Positions 49,494 through 61,026 of a DNA stretch of 64,000 nt are shown here, piece by piece. The stretch comes from Stylophora pistillata (Eukaryota). Numbering within the stretch: position 1 is the first letter of the stretch; each line of letters begins with the position of its first letter. The DNA lies in NCBI RefSeq assembly GCF_002571385.2, contig NW_019218285.1, forward strand, positions 42,560 to 106,559, read 5' to 3'. The notes under the pieces are model-generated. The model made no database searches and had not been told where the DNA came from. It saw nothing but the letters and a program-made list of their open reading frames with translations. Both the position numbers and the translations under genes were made by a program.

Positions 49494-49731
49494 ATAATTT
49501 GAATATATCAACAAAGTTGAAATGGTAAATTGGCCACCGTTACGATTACAAAAGCTGACGTTTCGAGCGTTAGCCCTTCGCTCCGACGAAGGGCTAACGC
49601 TCGAAACGTCAGCTTTTATAATCGTAACGGTGGCCAATTTACCATTGCAACTTTGTTGAGACATTCAAATTATTTAGTTCCCCCACCGACGCAGCCCCAA
49701 ACAGTTTCTTTCGAAACTATCAGCCTTTATT
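49494..49731. mobile_element. Penelope-like (PLE) terminal palindrome with a hammerhead-like core
   Basis: ~85-bp inverted arms around ...gttagcccttcg ctccga cgaagggctaacgctcgaaacgtcagc..., with a 15-bp TSD caaaagtc(c/t)ttctat. Absent from copy 1 (~5420). Confidence 0.75.
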
Positions 49732-51278
49732 CAAAAGTCTTTCTATGCCATGTATTTATACCGCCCTTTTGCTTTGTTCGTCTTTTTTCCCATTGCTTTT
49801 TTTTATCATCTTGGCGGCATTACAAACTTATTCTATTTGAGAGCGGACACGGAAAGTCAAATGCAGATTGAAAAAGGTCATGCTCCGGTTGCCAATGTCT
49901 TTGTTGAGAATACGCCAAGAAACCTTAGAGACAATGCTCAGAATACTATTAATTAAAACTAGAGTTTAAGATTGCCATATCTTGATATTCGAAAAACAAA
50001 CTATTAGTAAATTTTATGATGTGCTATTGCAACTAGAAGCACTTCAGCTGAAGCAAAGCGTTACCATTACGTGAAGTTATATTCTGAAGTGCAAAGTCCT
50101 TCTTAGACATTAACCTGTTTAATTTCTCCTTCTGTTCCTTTGTTTTCAGTGAATATAACATCTCTTCATTTTCAATTCAGTTCAAACACTTCTCCTTGAC
50201 GTCAAGGGCAGATTTTGTGATAGCGTGACGTTGTAATGAGGAGTTTTGTTTAATTAAAAACTCGATCCGCTGCCGTAAAGAATTAAAAATTAACTTATTA
50301 CGGTTACACTGAAACCATTAGGTAGCATTAACCAAGAAGTTTGAGCCAATTGGCATATAATCCAAAATTGTTCATGTAAGCCTTGTTAGAGCGCACTTCA
50401 ATTAAATGTCGTACAACCAAAACAAAAGAAGTCGCAAAGGCCAAACAGTGCAAACAAACTATCAGCAGCCAATAAGAATTCAGAGTAAAAGCATGCGCGG
50501 GTTAACGCGGGGGACCAGCAGGTCCCGATTGTTATAATCTTTGAATCTAATTGGATGAAAATCAAAGATGGCGCGACTTTGGCGGGCCAATTACATTGCA
50601 AAAGTCAAGTGAGACCACAGCAATTTTCCGGATTTCACTGAGTCTAACTGCTGCCAAAGTCATATCATTTTCAAAATTGTAGCAAGAAGATCGATTGCGG
50701 TAGTAATTTATGACACATATAACAGATTTAGCTCCTTCATAGCCTAACATCAGTATCCTTTTTCTCCACACTGTTAACTCGACATTTCCTAAAATGCTGA
50801 CAAGAAGAATTTAACAATCAAGAGCTTCGTTGTTTGGTTCGTGATCATTTCCTTTATCCTTGTGACTTTAAGCTTGATTCGGGGGTGATATTGTAAGGAA
50901 AATTAGATGATGGTCACTCTTAAGAGACGTAGGGTTAAGGAGTTAACGCAAGTTACCAAATACAATTCAAAACTACACGAAGTAAAGAAAAAACCGAGTT
51001 TTCTTACAAATAACAGTGTGGTCGAGGGTTTAATAAATATTTTAGCAATTCTAACAACATTGATTTCTTTAATAAATAAATTCACACCATTTAAGCTCTC
51101 CTGCATCTGATAAAAAATATATGAAAATATACTTAAGCTGACATAATTCACTATTATTTCTGCTTTTTGTAACAATTGTCTCTTTTTCACAAGTAATTTT
51201 CACGACCGAAAACATTAGTTACAGTGCGTGCTTGGAAGACATCCTCTTTGGACCAGCCGTGGTTGGAGAACAGAAAAA

Positions 51279-52889
51279 CTATTTCTTCTCGACTTTAAAC
51301 TGGGATCGTTTTGGCCTTTTTGAAGTTTTCTTCTGCTTTTTCACATCTTCTTTCACTGCACAGATAGAAAAAAAGAAGAAGAAGAAGAAAAAATAAAACA
51401 AGCTTAATTTTAGTGACGGCGCTGTTCTGGCCGGACTAGAAAAACTTGCTCGAGCTAGTAAGGCTACTCCTCATGAAGACTCGCGTAGACGCGCGTGCAA
51501 GTTGCGCCTTCCCGCGTGTTTCAAGAGTAAAAAAGAAAAGGAATTCTTTCCAACAACGTCTGCAGCGTACAGCGCCGAAAACTCTAGCAAATTTCACGCA
51601 TAGTGCTTGCGAGATCGCACGTGCGAGTTGCATAGTCTCAGGTGTTTTCTGAGTCAAAAGGAAAAGGAATTATTTCTACTACCGTCTTAGCATACAAAGC
51701 CTAAAACTCTCGCGTATTTCACGTGAAGTCCACGCAGGAATATAAATTCTACTACAGTTCGGTCTGAACTATTCCTGCGAGTTTTCCACGCTTGTCCCCT
51801 CTATTTATCGACACGGTGAACACACCAGTTCTGACGAAAGAAAAAGATATCTACACGCGCATAATACGCGTATAATGTGCGCGAATAACACGCAGAGTGC
51901 AGTGATTTTTACTTTGCAATTCTTCTTGCTTGATTCTGCAACCGCTGACAATTGAGCCCGCTCTAGGGCTTCGGTAATTAAAACGAAACGCGATAGCTAA
52001 ATGAAAGGTACCGTAATGGCAATGGAGCGAGAATTTTGAGTCGGGTTGAAGGAAGGAGGGAGATTTGGGTCGAGTCGAGTAAGAAACTCAACCGATCTAA
52101 TTGGACTCGACCCAAACCTTCCTCTTGTTTTGGCTCCGCCACTACTACATCTTCATTATTTACCTGGGCTTGGACTTGAATCCATAAAGAAGTCATCCTC
52201 TCTAGGGTCGAGTATTGGCGGTGGTTCCTGATCTCCAGATTCTATCAGACATGACAGGCAGTAAAAGTCATTAAAAACAGTTTTCGTGAACACTCTTCCA
52301 TCGGGAAAGAACTCAGTATTGTTTTCCACTGAACACATAACATGCCTGCAACATATTAGTACGTTTCATCACATTTGGGGAAACGCTTTGTAGTCAACGC
52401 GCTGCACCGCAGGTGAAGAGATCTGGGTTCGAACCCTGGCCCGGCACGCGATCATAGTGCTGTTTTCTTTCGGCAAGACACTTACTCTCCCCATGCCTCT
52501 CTCCACCCAGAGATATAAATGGGTAAGTAGGAGAGCGCTTAAGTATAAAATATACTTGTTTTGAAGGTTTAGGGTTCTCCCAACAAAGAATTACAAAGTG
52601 CTCACAGTATTCAGAAACCTGGGAGATAGTCAAAATAAAAGTTAGGATTAGCGTTTTGCCTCTCATCAGCAAGTGTTTAATAAGCTTCCCTCCCCCTTCA
52701 TATGGACAGCAAGCAAACCCCTACGACAATTGCCAAGAGATAATAGAGAGAATAAAAAGCTACAGTGCAGAGAACAGTAGCTCTGCGCGTGCATTTCGAA
52801 ACTTTATGTATCTACTGACCGTTCTATGCAAAACAACAACGTTAAGTCCCCAAATCTTGCGTTTTCTGAGAACGGAAACATCGACAGCA

Positions 52890-52931
<42 letters not shown>

Positions 52932-55900
52932 TTTATTTATATAGCGCTAAAATCCAATAATTGTCCAAAGCGCTACCTAATTACAATATAAAATATAAAA
53001 ATATATAATATAAAATATCTACAATATACAATATAATTCAAATATAGCCTAAGTTATCTACTATATAAATCAAAAACATCTCAAAACAAAACGAATCTCA
53101 TAACCTATATGCTAACTTANNNNNNNNNNNNNNNNNNNNNNNNNNNNNNNNNNNNNNNNNNNNNNNNNNNNNNNNNNNNNNNNNNNNNNNNNNNNNNNNN
53201 NNNNNNNNNNNNNNNNNNNNNNNNNNNNNNNNNNNNNNNNNNNNNNNNNNNNNNNNNNNNNNNNNNNNNNNNNNNNNNNNNNNNNNNNNNNNNNNNNNNN
53301 NNNNNNNNNNNNNNNNNNNNNNNNNNNNNNNNNNNNNNNNNNNNNNNNNNNNNNNNNNNNNNNNNNNNNNNNNNNNNNNNNNNNNNNNNNNNNNNNNNNN
53401 NNNNNNNNNNNNNNNNNNNNNNNNNNNNNNNNNNNNNNNNNNNNNNNNNNNNNNNNNNNNNNNNNNNNNNNNNNNNNNNNNNNNNNNNNNNNNNNNNNNN
53501 NNNNNNNNNNNNNNNNNNNNNNNNNNNNNNNNNNNNNNNNNNNNNNNNNNNNNNNNNNNNNNNNNNNNNNNNNNNNNNNNNNNNNNNNNNNNNNNNNNNN
53601 NNNNNNNNNNNNNNNNNNNNNNNNNNNNNNNNNNNNNNNNNNNNNNNNNNNNNNNNNNNNNNNNNNNNNNNNNNNNNNNNNNNNNNNNNNNNNNNNNNNN
53701 NNNNNNNNNNNNNNNNNNNNNNNNNNNNNNNNNNNNNNNNNNNNNNNNNNNNNNNNNNNNNNNNNNNNNNNNNNNNNNNNNNNNNNNNNACCATCTTCAC
53801 CGTCTCCCTTCGAATCAAATCGTCCAGATTCTTCATCACTCAACACCAGTTTAGGTTTTTCCTTTTTCACTTTTCGAGATGCTTTACCCATTTTCCAAAT
53901 TGTACTGGATGCATCCTCAAACTCACCCCCTGCCACCTTCTTTGCAATAATTTTCTGGATTTTTTCTGCAAATTGCAAAGAAATGCAAGCAACTAAGGTT
54001 GAGCCCTCTTTGGATCAAAATTTAAATTGAGGTCAAGAGTAATTAAACAATTGCAATGGTTTTACCTTACTATGCTCTGTGGTTTGTCTAAAAAAAAATG
54101 TGCCACCCTCTAAACTAAACAGATGAAAAATCAAAACAAAATGAGAATTGCTCCCTCCCGTTTTCCTATGCTCCTAGCTAATAGATTGGTTTTACTTTGG
54201 GATCAGGATCAGTATCTGAACAACTGTGCACCCACCCCTCCCCTAACCTAACATTAACCCTAACTTGTTATCAGTTGATTGTTGTTAGGTCAGGGTAGGG
54301 GTTGGTGCACAGTTGTTTAGATAGTGACATTGATCCTTACTTTGCATTCCTACTAGCTCCTTGTAATTTTTTTCCTTACATCTGATTGGTTGATATGACC
54401 GGAATGTTGTGATATTTTCCTTAGATCTGGTTGGTTGATATGATTAGATGTTGTGATATTTTCCTGTCGTCTGATAGGTTGATTCAATTACTCTGTACTT
54501 GGTTTTACCACAGTCAATCTAAGAACACAGTTTGTGCTGATTCAAACAAGGTTTGTACTTGTTTAGACTTTAACTCCCATCAGTGAACAAGACAATTTCT
54601 CTTTACAATATCAATACAACATCAAGCAGAAGAGTGATAAGAATAAAGAAAAATATAAATTAGGGGATTATGTTGATCCAATACCAAATTCTCCAAACTA
54701 CCATCATACAAATTATATGGCAGACATCAAGGATAAATAATAATGAGATCTTTGGATAACCTTTTTGTATCTTTCCTGAAGTAATATAGTAAATTCTATC
54801 AAAACAAGTAAATATATTATAGTACATAAATTACTGCACCTTGCTTAGCAACAATTTCTGCATTTGTATGTGACGTCAGTGGAAACAACGAAATATACTT
54901 GGTGTTTTCTGGAAAATGCTAAACAAGATAAAAAGAGTTACTTAATAAGCAAAAAGTTATTTTTAAATTGAAGTATCCTAACTTGTTTTTTTATCAAGAC
55001 AAAATGACAGTGGCAGTTGCATACACATGGTGGTAACAAGATCTTAGATGACACCCAAGAATAGAAAATGTTTAGAGGACAACGCAGCTTGATTGATTCC
55101 TCTGAATCTTGTCAAGTAGTTGATAAGGGGCCAATGACAGCTTCTAAAAAACCAACCATGTACTTAGTAATTACTCCTTAATTCTAATCAAGCACTGCTG
55201 ATCCTAAAATATATGAACTACCTTGATCAAAAAAGGAAAGCTGTATACATTTTTAGCCCACTGAAAACAACACAACCAATTTAGAGACCAGGCCAAAATT
55301 GTAACATCCGTGTGACACATTTACCATTTGCTACCCTCAACTTACGTGAACATAATTCCACTGCTGCTTGATCTCTTCAAGTTTTTTAAGTAGAGAATTT
55401 CTGCAGACATGTAGATCAAACAAACTCTTGTAGACTATGCAGTACTGTATAGAAATGGCTGTAAAAAGGTCCACATTCCTTACTTTCTAAGTTCTTATAT
55501 TTTCCTTGTACGATTGAACCTGACTTCTAATGTAAATGGTGGAGCAATATGTTATCATGTAGTCTGACTGTCTGCATAAGGGAAGTCCTGAGAAGAACTG
55601 TTGTCTGTGGTTATGATTGATATTTCAATAACTTTAATAGAAGTCATAATCATTATCAGAGCTGAAAACGACTTCTGCTAGTGTGGTATAATTCATTTGC
55701 TTCTTTTCAGTAATTACATCAATTCAGTTCTTCTAAGGACTACTCTCACCCAAAGATCAGGCTACATCCTCAGATGCCCCTGAATTCTACAGTCTTTTGA
55801 ATGTAAAAAAAGTTTCCCAGTCTTCAATGTGGTTTATAAAACTCCTAGAAACAAGTAATTTCAGACCTAAAATGACTTGGATACTACACACCCTCTCACT

Positions 55901-57124
55901 GTTTTTGAATGCATTTAAATAAAAACAAATCGTCATGGCTGTGATGTTCTGAAATTGTACAAACTATTCAGAAATATTTCCAAAAAGCAATAGAACACCT
56001 TTTCTGGACACAAGGGAGGTTCGGTGAATAATCAAAAGTTACCCACAATTTAACCTATTTCTCTTGTTGCCCCTTCCATATCGCTCTCCCCCCTCCCCCC
56101 CCCACCCCCTTCTCAAGACAGGGCAATTCTCTTCTGGGTTGAGAAGAGATTGAGGGGTTAACAAGCTAAGAGACTGGGCACAAGTGAGATACTCACATGA
56201 CAGATTTCCCAAGGTTTACATTTATTTAGGAGTGTACCATACTTAGTACTAAAAGACTTCTACCAACCTTGTTTCACTATCCTCTGTTTCATTTAGCTCT
56301 TTCATAAAAGATTTGTATTTTCTAAATATCTTTTTTTTCTCTGCATAGAAAAAAGAAACAGAAATCTTCAGTGAATTATCTTAAAAAAACGTTTTCTTAA
56401 ATGTCGCTAATAAGATCTTTGAATCAATTTGGACACAAAGTGTAACCATGGATAGAAAGGGTGGCAAATAATTATTATGATGTTAAGAAAAAATAAATAC
56501 TTCTACTTTGTTTTCTGTTTGGTGGGAGATGCCATGGCCTTATGGTCAGCTTGTTAGGTCTAGTCCTTGTGTTGTGTCCCTGGAGCAAAACAATGCCACT
56601 CTCCACCATGGAGTAGAACAGGTACTGGCCTACTGTCAGAAAAGCCTGATGAAATGCTGGTGGGTAACCTTATGAAGGACTGGCTTCCCATCCAAAGAGG
56701 AGCGGTAATACTCCTCGTCACTTCATGTTATAGAAACCAGATCAGCTCCTGCTGAATGGGCCATGTGTCTTGAGTGCATTCTTTGTTTTTTTTTTTTTTT
56801 GCTTCTTTATGTGAAGATAATGCAATTCCCTTTCTTCCTGTAACCTTTTTTACAAAATTTGCTACCCAAGTTTGCCCAACCACCAGTGTACATACAATAA
56901 AGGTGTCAGAATCACTTACCAAAGAATTTGACCTTTTTAGATCTTTTTTCAATCTTTTTCTGCTTGTCTTCCCTCGCTTTATCCTTAATTGTCTCTTTTA
57001 AGACATCAAGCATTCGTTCTTGGACAACTCTCACAGTTGCTGGACAACTGTCACAGTTGCTGGAAGATCACTCTTAAAAAATGGAAAATTTATATTATTA
57101 TACACTGGATCATTGGATAATGCC

Positions 57125-57164
<40 letters not shown>

Positions 57165-57329
57165 ACCAATATACCATAATATCTGATATTATGGTATATT
57201 GGTACCATATTATGGTATATTATATATACCATATACCATATTATGGTATATTGGTATTATACCATAATATTCTGATATTATGGTATAATCTGATATCTGT
57301 ACATTGTAACATCCGGTTTCTTCTTACAG

Positions 57330-57361
<32 letters not shown>

Positions 57362-57440
57362 AGGGCGTTTTTTTTAATAAAACAATTATTCCACTCACGC
57401 TTGTTGGATATAAGATGATTATAGCCAACTTGGCGTTACA

Positions 57441-57474
<34 letters not shown>

Positions 57475-59288
57475 ACATGCTCGTGTAATAATTGTTAAAT
57501 AGTCCATGGTAGAAGAACACATATTTTGGGCTTTCTTCTGAAGGATGTGAGAGATGATGAGCCAGTGATCTCAAGAGTAAAAGTTTGGGTCTTGATAGAA
57601 AACAGGAAACTGATGAATATTTGTTCTACTTAATAGCTGCAGACAAAAGGAGTTTGCTTGCCTTATGTTGTATCTGATTTCTCCATACAGTATCAATTCT
57701 GAATCAAGCATTTAAGTCATGAGAATCAAGAAATTGATCATCAACATGATATAAGAGGCTCTCCCTGTCAGAACTATTAAGTAAATGTAATGTGAACAGT
57801 ATATGGAGAAGAATAATACATTCAAGTTAACTGCTGTGACTGCAGGGGCAACCCTAAAACCCAGAAACCGGAAACCGGAAACCGGAAATTGTGCTTCTGT
57901 AATACTTAGCAGTGTATTAACGAAGTCTAAATCTTGTAGACATATGCTGATTTAAGTTGTAATCTGGTGGACGGAAAATTCGAGAAAATACTTGCTCAAG
58001 TTTAGTTCATAATATTTCAGCTTATAGCTTATAAGGATGCTCGTTGAGTGTTTGAACTGTTTTACAAAACCTTAACTATCTAATGAAACTTACCAGTGAG
58101 CACAACCCAAGACAAGTTGTTCTTCAAATATTTGCAATTAAAGGTTTTCTTTTTCATGACACTGTACTGTTCATGCCTTGATCCTCCATTTTTGCTTAAA
58201 AACAGATTCCAGGCCCATGCGAACATAAACAGACCCACTTCTTGCTACCACTGGTACCAAGGATTTAGATCACTTGTGCAGGACAGGGTGGAAGGCAAAA
58301 TGATGACTTGCTACCCCCTTAACCAGTTATTAATAGAAATGCCCCTTCTCTGTGACATTTGCTGACTTGTTGTGTATCTACTGGGCACGAAGGCCAAGTC
58401 ATACCTCTGGCAAATTGCGTGCAGATCACTTAACAATGAGGCAGTTACAAGCAATCGCACTTTAGTCATTTTTCGGGTACTTATAATCAAATTATGATGC
58501 ACAACACTCTAGGTTGGTATATCCATAGCCCTCACAAGGATTAATGGTCGCCTATTGAACTCAAATGCCAGGAATCCTTTTTATCAAAAGAGCTGTGCTT
58601 TGGTGTCATTTTTTATTGACCTTTTAATATTTCCTGGAGAAAAATTTGCAACTTAACTTTTGTGTATTTGAAAAACTTCGTTTTTGCTTTATTTTTGGAA
58701 TCTGGATTCCTGTTTCCGGTTTCGGAATTTAGCATGCCGGATGCCAGATGCTGCATGCCGCATGCCGCATGCCGGATGCCAGATGCCGGATTCTAGATTC
58801 CTGATTCCTGATTCCTGATTCCTGATTCCTGATTCCTGATTCCTTGTTTTAAGGTTTCCCTGACTGCAGTGATTGTGATTACTCTTTTAGGGCTCAATTT
58901 ATCTTACAATCACGTGACATGAAACAATAACTTGATCACTGGACACTCAGGTCTGGCGTAATATTCTTCTCTCAGTTTTTTTTTGTTTTGTTTTATTAGC
59001 AGCAGCAGCAGCAGCAGCATTGCCCTCTGCGCAAAAAGTGACTTCATAACTGTTCTTAACGCTGAACTCTACTGAACAAAAATACCTCAAACAGCTGACG
59101 AACAAATTCGACGCGCTGCAAACAACATCTAAAAATTCGTAGCATTCGATTTGTCTCACCTTTTCAAGCAGTCTTTATACGTCTCTGACCTTATTTTTAA
59201 GGGATTTGTTGTGTTCAATCTTTTTCCCATCGCTTTGTGACGCCTTTGAGAGACGGTTAATCCCACGGCTTCTCGATCTTGGACCCAT
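51279..59288 (-). pseudogene. EFG1: EFG1-like copy 2 (pseudogene, retains the ancestral exon 8)
   Basis: Same exon structure as copy 1. TAA at codon 38 (59177-59175) and a 20-bp tandem duplication frameshifting exon 2 (~57021-57060). Terminal exon 51355-51279 encodes VKEDVKKQKKTSKRPKRSQFKVEKK*. Confidence 0.88.
57846..58860. mobile_element. Non-autonomous Mutator-like DNA transposon
   Basis: TIR GGGCAACCCTAAAAC / GTTTTAAGGTTTCCC, 9-bp TSD tgactgcag, and subterminal heptamer arrays (GGAAACC)n, (GCATGCC)n and (GATTCCT)n. Absent from copy 1 (~13700). Confidence 0.8.
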
Positions 59289-61026
59289 GACGGTGACCTC
59301 TGATATGTTGAAGTAACAACCGTTGTGCATTTATGATTTTGTCCGAAAGAACAACCGAGGAGTACTAGAAACCAGTTTCCGAGTAGGATGGTTCTCGGAA
59401 ATTGTCGAAAAAATCTGAAATGGGGGAATATTCAATAACATACTTTGCGAATATTACCAACAGTTGATTTAAGTTGATGTACAATAAATATACCCTTGTA
59501 TATTTACCTTATTCGCTATGACTACAGGGTAAAGAGTAAGTCAAGGAACTGTTCGCTACGTACTGGTATGCACAACAGATTATCTATAAAGAGGCGAAAG
59601 AGGCCCATGCTTAGCACGGTGCCCGCGATATGTAAGTCAGCAGTAACTCGTTAAGAGAACTTAAAATTAGGCTGAGAGGGGTAGGGAGGGAAGACTAACT
59701 GGTGTCTCTTTTGAGACCATGATTCACTGTTCTTTACGAGCCACAAGCAAATAAACAAAAGAAAAATTAAGACAGAAGAGGTTTCTTTCTTTCTTTTTGT
59801 TTCTTTTTCAATTTTTCGATGTTCTTTCTTATTCCCAACACCCAATGAACCTTCCCTCCCATCTCCGTCACCAAATGAAAATTCCCCCTTTCCTCTGGTT
59901 TTCCTAGAATCGAAAGCCGGAAATATACCGGAAGGTACATCCCACTAAATAAAAAGACGGGAAAGTAGGATTCAGGCGAAAAATGCCTGTGGTTGTTCCC
60001 TACAGACTTTGAAATTCATTTACCTTTGAAAGATATTGATGAAAGGTAAAGGTATCTATTGGTCGCTTCACCAGTGCGTCATTTCTACCAAAGTAAGTTG
60101 AATTTTTTCTACATTAAACACGAAATGTTAAAAAGTTTTACTCCGACAAATATTTGAAAATATTACAACGGAATTTAACTAGCGCTTGAAGACTGGCCAA
60201 GTTCAATAGCTTCTTTACTTCTTTTGTAATATCTTAAGTTATTCAAATTAACTTTTCCCATCCGAACGATGTACTCGTCATCCTGATCAGGTTTCTTTTA
60301 TTGCTGTTAATTTTTCCTGCCGGCGGGCACCCTTTCCTAAAGCCACTTTCAAAGCGCTTGTTGCACCAATTCTTGGCTTAGAAGAGTGTATTTTGTAGTT
60401 GGAATTGCGACTCCTGGCTTTTGCCTGAGCTTGCCATGAACATTTCAATTTTTTTTATCACCTCGAATGATTCCCTCGAATGATTCCCTGCATGCCCGTA
60501 GGCTGAAGGCAAATTCTCTCGCCGTACAAGTCCTTCTACGATCTTATTGTAATTTTCAATCTCCCTAGAGACAATTAATAGTGATAAGATGTTATCAAAC
60601 GACTCACTCAGATTAATAATACCGCCCGTCTCTGAAAACCACCACAAGTTTAAGACTGACTTCCTTAAAGATTCAGACAGACTGCTGATCTGAAGTTTAT
60701 AAATTTAGCTGTTTGTTATGGATACGTAACAGTAATATTGATCCTTGGCTTGCAGAATCTGTGTAGAAATCAATACAATACTGTCACTTTATTGAACTCT
60801 TTTCTCCAAGATGGGTTAAATGAATGTGGCAGAAGCATATACAACTTTTTATAAACATAACAAACTCAAGATAATTTTTGTTAGCTCAAGTGGAACGAAT
60901 TCCGGAAGTGAGAGAGTCTTGAACATGAATTTTACAAGTTTAACTTATGTGGTGTCTGCAAATCTTTTTTCTTTTTCTCAAAGAGAGAGAAAAGAAGTAA
61001 TTAAAGGAAAAAGTTTGAGCCAAGCA

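Noticed and set aside
53109-53996. Long ORFs spanning N runs (also 28744-29097, 35365-36247, 62611-63639)
   Set aside because: Artefacts of translating assembly gaps.
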